This document shows, one piece after another, positions 49,590-57,875 of a stretch of 64,000 nucleotides of DNA. The stretch comes from a virus. Each line of letters starts with the position of its first letter. The stretch's first letter is position 1. The notes beneath the pieces were generated by a model, which had not been told where the DNA came from, searched no databases, and was given only the letters and a program-made list of their open reading frames with translations. The stretch is taken from positions 20,524 through 84,523 of IMG/VR virus record IMGVR_UViG_3300018077_000007; one strand, given 5' to 3'. The position numbers were made by a program, and so were the translations under genes.

Positions 49590-49754
49590 CTACGCCTCTC
49601 GAACGGCCCGTTCCAGGGCCACGATGATGAACACCTTCAGGGTGATCCGCTGAGCGGCAGCTGTGGCCTTCGCCTGCCAGATCAGGTCTTCGGGGAAGTC
49701 CTTCAAGGTGAGGGCTTTGCGCCGCTGGCCTTTAGGGGTCCGATCCCTTTTCAT
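49590..49754 (-). CDS. Small RHH-like regulator (54 aa)
   Basis: MKRDRTPKGQRRKALTLKDFPEDLIWQAKATAAAQRITLKVFIIVALERAVREA; GGAGG RBS; upstream TTGACA-N17-TATCTT on minus strand. Confidence 0.7.
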   Translation of the reverse strand: MKRDRTPKGQRRKALTLKDFPEDLIWQAKATAAAQRITLKVFIIVALERAVREA

Positions 49755-49794
49755 GGCTCCACCTCCACTAGAAAGATAGTATAGATATGATGGC

Positions 49795-50553
49795 TTGTCA
49801 AGCGAAAAACGCGCGTGCTACAGTGGGCCTGTGGCAGAGATCAGTAAGCGGGCCTGGGCTGGGGTGGGCGGCATTGTCGTGGGGGCGCTGCCGTGGTTGC
49901 TCAGCCAGAAGGGCATAGCCGTGCCCGGGTGGGTGGTGACCGTTCTAGGCTTGTGTGCAATCGGCGTGCTTGCATACAGTGTCTGGCCAGGACTCGTGTG
50001 GGCCTGTGGCGTGGGTCTTCGCACTCAGCGAATGGTGTGGAGAAGCAGCAGCGGGAAATCTTCCGATCAAGACGACAAGCCGTTCTGGGCGGCAATTGTG
50101 GCCACGGCTCTCGTGGTGTCTGCGGCGTGGTGGTGGGCGTCGCTAGAATCCGTCTCCGTACAGCCGATTGCCCCGATCACGACGGCAGCCCTCAAGTCCG
50201 GTACGGCTCGGCTGATTCCGTCAATGCGGGCCTTCATCCAGCAAGCCGCGCATGAGATCGAAACGTTGGATAACGCCCACGTCGCCGTCTACCTCAACGT
50301 GAAGTCGCCAGCAGAAAGGATGGCGCTCATCGGAGCCCACGGGTTACAGCGGGACAACCTGTCACTTCGGCACAGCAATGAGTATGCGGACCGATTCAGG
50401 GCAGAAGCCATCCGGCTTCGAGATGCGATGTTGGCACGTCTGCCAACCCATTACAAGGACACGAAGATCACCCCGCTGTACGAAAATCCTGTGACGATGA
50501 CTTCCATTCGCGGCATCGCCGACGATCTGGAACGCCTTGCAAAACCGCGTTGA
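49795..50553 (+). CDS. Membrane protein
   Basis: Three TM segments then a helical domain; start uncertain. Confidence 0.6.
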   Translation: MSSEKRACYSGPVAEISKRAWAGVGGIVVGALPWLLSQKGIAVPGWVVTVLGLCAIGVLAYSVWPGLVWACGVGLRTQRMVWRSSSGKSSDQDDKPFWAAIVATALVVSAAWWWASLESVSVQPIAPITTAALKSGTARLIPSMRAFIQQAAHEIETLDNAHVAVYLNVKSPAERMALIGAHGLQRDNLSLRHSNEYADRFRAEAIRLRDAMLARLPTHYKDTKITPLYENPVTMTSIRGIADDLERLAKPR

Positions 50554-51097
50554 CCCCGTGACCGGGACGATCCTCTGCGAAACGCCCGAGGAGGCCCTAG
50601 CCCTCTCGCGCCGCATCGAGGCGGAGAAGAACGGTGATCTGTCGCCGCAGCACCAGACCCCTCTGGCGCCGAGCATACCGCCAGTCTCCGTCCCCGTCGA
50701 GTTGCGCCCTCGACCCGAGCGGAGGCGAGGCAAGCCCCGCGAGGTACCGACGAATCTCGGGGCTCTGACACCCGAGCGAGTCAAGACGTTGCGGACAATC
50801 ATCAAGGGGACGAAGCAGGAAACATTCATCAATGTGCTCTGCGCATCGGGCGAGGGGCTGAGGGACACCGACCTGTGGAAGATCCTGGGATTCAAGAAGA
50901 ACATTGAGTTGGCCGGCATCACAGGGGCGCTGAAGAAGAACGTGACGAAAGTCGGCATCGGCGAGGAGTTCATCGAGCGGCGGCGCGAGGTCATTGGCCC
51001 ACGCCTTGGATGGCGATTTTCGTTAACGCCAAAATTCAAGGAGACGATGCGGGAAGCGGGATGGATTTTTAGGCGACCGGTGAAACTCACAGGCTGA
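50537..51097 (+). CDS. Hypothetical protein (possible wHTH)
   Basis: 186-aa ORF, ETPEEALAL motif. Confidence 0.55.
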   Translation: MQNRVDPVTGTILCETPEEALALSRRIEAEKNGDLSPQHQTPLAPSIPPVSVPVELRPRPERRRGKPREVPTNLGALTPERVKTLRTIIKGTKQETFINVLCASGEGLRDTDLWKILGFKKNIELAGITGALKKNVTKVGIGEEFIERRREVIGPRLGWRFSLTPKFKETMREAGWIFRRPVKLTG

Positions 51098-51134
51098 GAC
51101 GGCGAAGGCCACCATCCACGGTGGCCTTCGCCTG

Positions 51135-51447
51135 GTGCAGTTCACCCCCAAACAAGCCTCGCCGGCTGACAGGAGGAGTCTGCTTGCTCACCTTACCAGA
51201 TTGGCCCCTCGTCCGCAAGATCTGCGGGACAGAGGTAGTGTCCAGTCCTGGGAGGGGCCGTTCACGTTTGAAGGGCGGAAAACCCCTCCTGGACGACGCC
51301 TCTGGGAAGCGGACCATATCGTGCCGGTTTCGGAAGGAGGCGGGGAATGCGGGCTCACAGGATACCGGACCCTGTGCCTTTGGGTGTCACCTGGTCGTGA
51401 CGGCCACGCTCCGGAGGCGACTGGTCGCCAACCGGGCGATCAGATGA
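51135..51447 (+). pseudogene. Frameshifted HNH nuclease remnant
   Basis: WEADHIVPVSEGGGECGLTGYRTLCL in one frame continues as GCHLVVTATLRRRL in another. Confidence 0.6.
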
Positions 51448-51731
51448 GTCGGGGCGATGGCGACCTGGCCTTCCTGTTCCGCCACCCCTGCGGCTGCGCC
51501 TCGGCGGTCGTGGTGGAGGACCCGGGCACGTTGCATTACGTGGACACACTCATCTTGTGGAAGCGCCGCAAGACCGGTACCATCGAGCACGTGACCGTGG
51601 ACGCGGCCCGCGAGGCGCTCGCCAGGACGTTCAAACGGCATCCCGCCGGGCAACGGCGGCGGAAGGACTGGGCGACCCCGCACCAGGACGGCGGGGATCT
51701 GCGCATCGGGGACGAGGAGGCGACCGAGTGA
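51444..51731 (+). CDS. Hypothetical protein
   Basis: ATGA overlap; HPCGC. Confidence 0.55.
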   Translation: MSRGDGDLAFLFRHPCGCASAVVVEDPGTLHYVDTLILWKRRKTGTIEHVTVDAAREALARTFKRHPAGQRRRKDWATPHQDGGDLRIGDEEATE

Positions 51732-52552
51732 GCCTGAGAATTCTGAGCCTCGGGGCCGGGGTGCAAAGCACGGCGGTCTATTTGCTCGCGCTTGATGGCA
51801 AAATCACACCGATTGACGCGGCGGTGTTTGCGGACACTCAAGAGGAATCGGACGCCGTGTATCGACACCTGGAGTGGTTGCAGAATCTCCACGGGCCGGC
51901 TATCTACGTACGGACTGCCGGGAAGTTGGGCAATGATCTCCAGCGCGGGATAAACTCCACGGGCCAGCGCTTTGTATCCATTCCCGCTTACACCGCGCCG
52001 GTGGGCGTGCGCCCCGCGATCGGCATGGTCCAGCGCCAATGTACGCAGGAGTATAAAATCCGCGTTGTGGAGCGCACGATCCGGCGCGACATCTTGGGGC
52101 TGAAGCCCCGCGCTCGGTGGCCGAAGGATCGCCCCGTCGTGCAGCTGTTCGGCATTTCCACCGACGAAGCACGGCGGGCGACGAGCATCCAGCGTCGGTT
52201 TAAGGGAATTCGCACGGTGGACTTCCCCCTCCTAGCCCTGGGGTGGACCCGTGGAGACTGTCTCCGGTTCCTGGCGGATCGTGTCCCGCATCCGGTCCCT
52301 CGGTCCGCCTGCGTCTTTTGTCCCTTCAAGTCCGATGCGGAGTGGTGGCTCCTTCAGCAAACCGATCCGGCGGGGTGGCGGCGGGCGGTGGAGATCGACG
52401 AGGCCATCCGGGAGAAGTCATTCGCGCGTCGGATGAAGCAATCGCTTTATCTTCATCGGTCGGCTCGCCCCCTAGCGGAGATTGAGTTTGAGCCGAAACA
52501 GCATGAGTTTCCTGGGTTTGCCCTCGAATGCGAAGGCGGGTGCGGGACGTAA
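51728..52552 (+). CDS. PAPS-reductase-like PP-loop Fe-S protein
   Basis: ILSLGAGVQST, FADTQEE, RQCTQEYKI, GISTDE, SACVFCPF, CEGGCG. Confidence 0.85.
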   Translation: MSLRILSLGAGVQSTAVYLLALDGKITPIDAAVFADTQEESDAVYRHLEWLQNLHGPAIYVRTAGKLGNDLQRGINSTGQRFVSIPAYTAPVGVRPAIGMVQRQCTQEYKIRVVERTIRRDILGLKPRARWPKDRPVVQLFGISTDEARRATSIQRRFKGIRTVDFPLLALGWTRGDCLRFLADRVPHPVPRSACVFCPFKSDAEWWLLQQTDPAGWRRAVEIDEAIREKSFARRMKQSLYLHRSARPLAEIEFEPKQHEFPGFALECEGGCGT

Positions 52553-52560
52553 GTTTTTTC

Positions 52561-52715
52561 TTGCGTCGCGCGAGGGTAGGCGGGTAGGATAGTCGAGATG
52601 CAATCCGACGATCCATTGTGACACCTATAGAACTTCGGGATCTAGCTTCGGGGCCACCCGGAGCGAAAACGCTGCTTCCTTCGTCGGATTGCAGGCGCTG
52701 ATCCCGGAGATTTTT
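52561..52715 (+). promoter_or_regulatory. Promoter plus structured leader RNA, copy 1 (c4-like)
   Basis: TTGCGT-N18-TAGGAT; crossing helices 52599-611/52681-693 and 52633-642/52700-709. Confidence 0.7.
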
Positions 52716-52736
52716 TGGCCGTGAAACGAGAGGCCC

Positions 52737-53033
52737 ATGAGCCGAGGCGTCCACAGAGGAGTCTATGGGGCGCTATTCGATGATCCTGACTATCAAACGC
52801 TCTCTTTTCAAGCCCGTCTTGTGTTGCTCACGGTGCGCCTGTGCGCCCAAGCGGGTCCCGCCTCGATCTTCCGGTACTATGTCGAACTGCTCGCTCGGCA
52901 GACTGGGCTCCCTCAGAAACAGGTGGAAACCGCCCTGGCTGAGTTGGCCGCCACCCCGTCTCCTGATAGTCCTTGGATAGTCTATGACAAGGCTATCGTA
53001 TGGGTCAGAAACGGTGGCGGGTGCGGGACGTGA
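52737..53033 (+). pseudogene. Truncated replication initiator (N-terminal domain only)
   Basis: RGVYGALFDDPDYQTLSFQARLVLL; ends abruptly in a duplicated GGCGT* tail. Confidence 0.65.
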
Positions 53034-53042
53034 AGTTTTTTC

Positions 53043-53200
53043 TTGCCCTCTCGCCGGGCGAGCGGGTAAGATCGGGGCCGTGATGCACCTCGGCGAGTTG
53101 CCGCAGACACCAAACTTCGGGACCTAACCCTCGGAGCCATCCGAGGCTATGGCCTCCTCTCTCTTCGCCGAGGTGCGGGGGCTGGTCCCGGAGATGTTTC
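53043..53200 (+). promoter_or_regulatory. Promoter plus structured leader RNA, copy 2
   Basis: TTGCCC-N18-TAAGAT; helices 53084-096/53165-177 and 53115-124/53184-193 covary with copy 1. Confidence 0.7.
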
Positions 53201-53220
53201 TGTTCCAGTGAGACGGGGGC

Positions 53221-54030
53221 GTGAGCCGCTATCGGCGCGTGCTAACTCGCATCTGGGAGGATGACAAATTCCCATCCCTTTCTGTCGATGGCCGCCTCCT
53301 CTTTCTCTACCATTTGACCTCACCCCGGTCCACGCCGTTCCTCCTCTACGTGGAAGGCCCGGGAGGCATAGCCGATGCCTTACGCTTGCCTTCGGCTAGG
53401 CTTCGCTTAGCCATGACTGAAGTCTCCAGAAATATGATGGTTGATTACGCAGATGACGGGTCCCTAATGGTGTTCCTCCCACAGGCCCTCACGATCCCAG
53501 AGAACGCGCCAGAGAGCCTGAACGCTATAAAAACCTGGACAAACCTGTTCCACGATCTCCCTAAAACACCGTTTCGAAACAAGTGCTTGAGCCATTGGCT
53601 AAGCCTTGGCGATGGCATACACCATGCCTTCACCCTTGCCTTCGTCAAGGCATGCACTATGGCTAACACTATGGCCCCCATACAGGAGCAGGAGCAGGAG
53701 CAGGAGCAGGAACCCCCTATAGTCCCCCACGGGGGACCTGATCAGGTTCAAGTTCAAGCGCAAGACCTCCTCGGATTTTTGAACCGGAAAGCCGAGAAGA
53801 GCTTTCGGGGGGTGCCGGTCAATCTCCGTCCGATCATGGCTCGGCTGAAAGAAGGCGCAACGGTGGAGGACTGTCGGGGCGTGATCGCCCGAAAGGTGCG
53901 CGAGTGGAAGGGCACGGAGCAGGAGAAGTATCTCCGACCCGAGACCCTGTTCGGCGCGACGAAGTTCCACGGCTATCTCGGCCAGCAAATGCCGGAGGAG
54001 CCGAGCGATGCTGAACGACGAATGCCCTGA
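53221..54030 (+). CDS. Phage replication initiator / replisome organizer
   Basis: RIWEDDKF..LS.DGRLLFLY, QEQEQEQE linker, C-terminal YLRPETLFGATKFHGYL. Confidence 0.85.
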   Translation: MSRYRRVLTRIWEDDKFPSLSVDGRLLFLYHLTSPRSTPFLLYVEGPGGIADALRLPSARLRLAMTEVSRNMMVDYADDGSLMVFLPQALTIPENAPESLNAIKTWTNLFHDLPKTPFRNKCLSHWLSLGDGIHHAFTLAFVKACTMANTMAPIQEQEQEQEQEPPIVPHGGPDQVQVQAQDLLGFLNRKAEKSFRGVPVNLRPIMARLKEGATVEDCRGVIARKVREWKGTEQEKYLRPETLFGATKFHGYLGQQMPEEPSDAERRMP

Positions 54031-54325
54031 CTGCGAGGTTCGGCTGAAGAAGGGTACCTGCCCGAAGTGCGGGTGGACCGGGACCCTGACGATCCTGCCC
54101 CCTCGCGGCGCGGCCTTGTCGTGGGAATTCACGTCGCCCGCCGAGCTGCTGGATCCCGAGGCCGTGCCGAGGCTGGTCAAGGAACTGGTAGCAGAGCTCT
54201 CATTGGACGCGCCCCGCACGCCGGGGGTGCGAGCAGAGATGCACCCCTGTTCGAGATGCGGCATCGCGTTCGCCGGGGACTACCGGGAGCCCGTGTGCTC
54301 GAATTGCTGGTTTACGGAACGCTAA
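54008..54325 (+). CDS. Zinc-finger hypothetical protein
   Basis: GGAGGAG RBS; four CxxC. Confidence 0.6.
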   Translation: MLNDECPDCEVRLKKGTCPKCGWTGTLTILPPRGAALSWEFTSPAELLDPEAVPRLVKELVAELSLDAPRTPGVRAEMHPCSRCGIAFAGDYREPVCSNCWFTER

Positions 54326-54846
54326 TGGCATACTCCAGCTATTTCGAACAACTCAAACATCCCAAGTGGCAGAAGAAGCGTCTTGAGATTCTTCAGCTCA
54401 ATGAATTTACCTGCGAGGAGTGCGGTGCAGATGACCAGACGCTTCATATTCATCATTCCTATTACGAAAAGGGGCGCGCGCCTTGGGATTATCCTGAATC
54501 GAGCCTTCATTGTCTGTGTGCAGCCTGCCACCAAAGGATCCAGAATTCTCAAAGCCTCTTGCAGCGGCAAATTGGAAGGCTTGATCTTAGCGATACTGAA
54601 GTGATGATTGGCTACGCGATGGGGTTAGAGTTCCGTGCGTACCCAGTGGTTCGACTCCGCGTGTTCTCTTATGCGGTAGCGCAAGGCATCGGCGATGCGT
54701 GGGGCGTGACTCCAGAACAGATTATCGAAGCTCTTGAGGCGGGTCGGATCGACGGATATACACTGGACTCGTTGGTCCGGTTGCAGATCCAGCCACAATA
54801 CGGACTCGTGGGCGAGGTGCCCAACGCGGAGGGCAAGGAATGTTGA
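54325..54846 (+). CDS. HNH-family nuclease domain protein
   Basis: PKWQKKRLEIL..FTCEECG..LHIHH..PWDYP..LCAACH. Confidence 0.8.
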   Translation: MAYSSYFEQLKHPKWQKKRLEILQLNEFTCEECGADDQTLHIHHSYYEKGRAPWDYPESSLHCLCAACHQRIQNSQSLLQRQIGRLDLSDTEVMIGYAMGLEFRAYPVVRLRVFSYAVAQGIGDAWGVTPEQIIEALEAGRIDGYTLDSLVRLQIQPQYGLVGEVPNAEGKEC

Positions 54847-54992
54847 TCTCGATCAGCATCGCTTTGAGCGTGCTCGTGGTGGCCCTTGCGTGGGGCTGTC
54901 TCCGCGCCGCCGCGCATGGGGCGTAGGCCATCACCCCGACACCCCGAGTGCCGGTGGCCGTTGTGTTGGCCTGAAACAGAGAGGAGGATCTC

Positions 54993-55502
54993 ATGGCCGA
55001 ACTTCACACCCTACCGCCTATTGAGGCCGCTCCGCCATCCCCAGATCTCCCGGGCCAGATCGCTCGGCTCCAGCGGCACCTTCAGCGCCGGAAGGACGCT
55101 CTGGCGCGACTGGAGAAAACCCTGGCCCAGACTCGGCAGAAGCTCCGGAAGACGGCGGAACTCTACGAACTGGCCCGGGTGGCGCTGGCGATCGCGCTCC
55201 CCTTGGCCCGGCAGGATCGTCCCACCGAGGTCGCCGCAGTCTTGGAGGAAACGATCAGCGCGATTCTGTACGGGTCCCCCGAGGCACGGACGCGCATCTT
55301 CGCAGCGGCCCGGAAACGGGATGAGGCGCTCTTGACGCTGCGGGCGAAGGTGACGGAGTTACACGGGGCATTGAGCCGGGCCAAGCGCACGATTCGGGGA
55401 TGGCGGAGCCACGGGTGGACGCAGACGGAAGAGGCGCAAGGATGGGCACTCTACCAAAGCTCTCCCGAGATGCAGGAGATCAACAGGGCGCTCGGGGAAT
55501 AA
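54993..55502 (+). CDS. Coiled-coil hypothetical protein directly upstream of the array
   Basis: GAGGAGG RBS; TAA ends 2 nt before the first repeat. Confidence 0.7.
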   Translation: MAELHTLPPIEAAPPSPDLPGQIARLQRHLQRRKDALARLEKTLAQTRQKLRKTAELYELARVALAIALPLARQDRPTEVAAVLEETISAILYGSPEARTRIFAAARKRDEALLTLRAKVTELHGALSRAKRTIRGWRSHGWTQTEEAQGWALYQSSPEMQEINRALGE

Positions 55503-55504
55503 AC

Positions 55505-56085
55505 GAGCGAGCCAGAGGAGTAAAGGCACCCGCGATGAAGGAGCGAGCCGTCAAGATGGAGTCCCCCGTTATCACGGAGCGAGCCGCCAGGTTCAAGACA
55601 CCCATATCTCAAGAGCGAGCCGCGTTGTTGGAGACATCCGCGACAAGAGAGCGAGCCGGTAAACAGGAGGCACCCGTGATGGAGAAGCGAGCCGTAAGAG
55701 GGAAGTCACCCGCGACGAGCAAGCGAGCCGCCCTGAACAAGCTACCTGTGGAGGAAAAGCGAGCCGCCCAAGGTGAGGCACCCGTAATGAATGTGCGAGC
55801 CGGTAAAGGGGAGACCCCCATGAGGCGGAAGCGAGCCACGCGAACGAAGACCCCCGCAAGCGAGGAGCGAGCCGACAAAGGTGAGGCACCCGTCCAAGAA
55901 GAGCGAGCCGTGAGAATAGAGGCACCCGCTTCAGAAGAGCGAGCCGCGCAGAACGAGACACCCGTCTCAGGAAAGCGAGCCGCGCTCTTTAAGCCACCCG
56001 TGGGGGGAAAGCGAGCCTCGCTCGGTGAGTTACCCGTGACGGAAAAGCGAGCCGAAGAGATTGAGTCACCCGGACGAAATGAGCG
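55505..56085 (+). ncRNA. TIGR-type tandem interspaced guide RNA array, 16 x 36 nt
   Basis: Unit = RAGCGAGCC-N9-RAGNCACCC-N9; exact 36-nt period, variable 9-nt spacers, terminal partial repeat GAGCG; adjoins a Nop-domain gene. Confidence 0.9.
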
Positions 56086-56788
56086 TCTTTCTCCTCATCT
56101 CCCGCGCCTCGCCACGCTTTTCCAGTCGATCCAGCGAGATCGCGTAGGACTTGAACGGTCGCTGGCCACCAAAGCCGACGTGCATGATCCGAGGGCAAAG
56201 GAGATTTATGAACAGTTGATCCGCCTCGAAGAGACCGTCGTGGCCTATCTCCACACGGAATGTCATCGGAGCCCGGTCTGGCCCTGGCTCTCCAGCGTGA
56301 AGGGGATCGGCGAGCGCCTGGGGGGGATGCTGGTCGGGCTCATCGACATTCACCGCGCCCCGTCAATTTCAAGTCTCTGGAAGTTCGCGGGGCTTGCCCC
56401 GGGGGCAGATCGCCGCGTCAAGGGGCAGAAGCTCCCCTACAACAACCTCCTGAAAAAGACGTGCTTCCTCGTGGCGCGCCAATTCATCCTCGCCGGGACG
56501 CAACCCTACGAGGGCGTCTACCGGGAGGCTAAGGCGTATTACGAGCAGAACCGCCCCGAGTGGCGCCCAGGGCACTGCGATTTGGCGGCGCGGCGGAAGG
56601 CCGTCAAATTGTTTCTCGGACACCTCCACACAAGGTGGTGTGAGGCCGAGGGGCTCCCGATCCGGCCCCCCTATGCGATGGGGGTTTTGCACCATGATGG
56701 ATATATTCCGCCGCCAGAACGTGTTCAATGGTCTGTCCCACCAGCGAGCGCAAACCCAGGACTTCAGTCCGGGGACAAGCGAGCCTAG
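56036..56788 (+). CDS. TasA-like Nop-domain RNA-guided DNA-binding protein (start uncertain; frame open back to 55535/55400)
   Basis: Coiled coil then WLSSVKGIGERLGGML, ISSLWKFAGL, PYNNLLK, AARRKAVKLFL; no DEDD/RuvC or HNH domain seen. Confidence 0.85.
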   Translation: MTEKRAEEIESPGRNERLSPHLPRLATLFQSIQRDRVGLERSLATKADVHDPRAKEIYEQLIRLEETVVAYLHTECHRSPVWPWLSSVKGIGERLGGMLVGLIDIHRAPSISSLWKFAGLAPGADRRVKGQKLPYNNLLKKTCFLVARQFILAGTQPYEGVYREAKAYYEQNRPEWRPGHCDLAARRKAVKLFLGHLHTRWCEAEGLPIRPPYAMGVLHHDGYIPPPERVQWSVPPASANPGLQSGDKRA

Positions 56789-57875
56789 CATGCAGATTAC
56801 GCTGAAGCTGCGACTTCGGGATCGGCATGCGGCGAAGCTCGCCCGCCACGCCAGGGCGGTCAACTATGTATGGAACTACTGCAACGAGCGACAGCGGCAG
56901 GCGGTCCGCGAGTGCCGCCGCTGGCTCAGCTACCCAGCGCTGGCGGCGCTGACGGCAGGCACGAGCGTGGATCTCGACCTCCACGCCCATACGATTCAGC
57001 GCGTGTGCCTTGCCTATGCCGCCGCACGCCGAGCGCATAAGAAGCCGTGGCTGAGGTGGCGCGGACGGCGGTCACTCGGCTGGGTGCCGTTCAACACGGG
57101 CCACGTTTCGTTCGATGGCGAAGCCTTCACCTTTCGTGGTGTTCGCTACGAGACGATGCACCTCCGGGAGATTCCGACCGGGGCGGTGATCGGTGCTGGT
57201 TCTTTCAACGCTGACGCCCGTGGTCGTTGGTACATCAACCTGCCAGTCGAAGTGCTGGAAGCCACCAGCGCCAGCATTACCCACGTCGGGATCGACCTGG
57301 GCCTCAAAGACTTCGCTACGCTCTCGACCGGCGAAAAGATCGCCGCCCCGCGTTTCTACCGGGCGTCCGAGACCAAGCTGGCGACGGCGCAGCGCGCCCG
57401 CAAGACACGTCACGCTCGCGCGATCCACCGAAAGATCGCCGCCCGCCGGCGGGATTTTCTGCACAAGACGAGCGTACAACTTGTGAAGCGCTTCGGGCTC
57501 ATCTTCGTCGGCGACATCAACCCCTCGCAACTCGTTCGGACCACGATGGCGAAGAGCGTACTCGACGCCGGGTGGTCGAACTTCCGGGCCATGCTCCGCT
57601 ACAAATCGCGATTACGCGGTGGTGGGGTGTGCTTGGAAGTCTCGGAACATTTGAGTACCCAGACCTGCTCGGAGTGCGGCAGGTTGCCCGCTTCGAGGCC
57701 GAGAGGTATCGCAGGTCTGCGTGAGAGGGTGTGGCGGTGCGACGACTGCGGGACGGTCCACGACCGCGACGTGAACGCCGCCCGCAACATCCTCCGTCTG
57801 GGACAGCAGACGCTCGGAGGAGGAGCCCATGTCTGAGATCGGGAAGCCCCGGTCTTTAGACCAAGGAGCTGTCAC
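56726..57875 (+). mobile_element. IS200/IS605-family tnpB-only element (left boundary 56726-56729)
   Basis: Left-end hairpin CCCAGGACTTCAGTCCGGGG; right end GAAGCCCCGGTCTTTAGACCAAGGAGCTGTCAC; removing it restores an in-frame TGA for the Tas gene. Confidence 0.8.
56790..57836 (+). CDS. tnpB: Compact TnpB (348 aa) with rearranged RuvC-II
   Basis: GIDLG; FVGD instead of xED; downstream EVSE; CSECG/CDDCG; HDRDVNAARNI. Confidence 0.93.
   Translation: MQITLKLRLRDRHAAKLARHARAVNYVWNYCNERQRQAVRECRRWLSYPALAALTAGTSVDLDLHAHTIQRVCLAYAAARRAHKKPWLRWRGRRSLGWVPFNTGHVSFDGEAFTFRGVRYETMHLREIPTGAVIGAGSFNADARGRWYINLPVEVLEATSASITHVGIDLGLKDFATLSTGEKIAAPRFYRASETKLATAQRARKTRHARAIHRKIAARRRDFLHKTSVQLVKRFGLIFVGDINPSQLVRTTMAKSVLDAGWSNFRAMLRYKSRLRGGGVCLEVSEHLSTQTCSECGRLPASRPRGIAGLRERVWRCDDCGTVHDRDVNAARNILRLGQQTLGGGAHV

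Noticed and set aside
49233-49784. 183-aa plus-strand ORF
   Set aside because: Its 3' half overlaps a better-supported minus-strand RHH gene; only the 5' part may be coding
55505-56085. CRISPR array
   Set aside because: Two alternating 9-nt repeats with 9-nt spacers and no cas genes do not fit CRISPR geometry
56777-56785. AAGCGAGCC copy of the array repeat
   Set aside because: Isolated, not in a 36-nt unit, and inside the IS left end; probably coincidence
56036-56788. IS110 transposase
   Set aside because: No N-terminal DEDD domain or obvious catalytic-serine motif; the adjacent array fits Tas better
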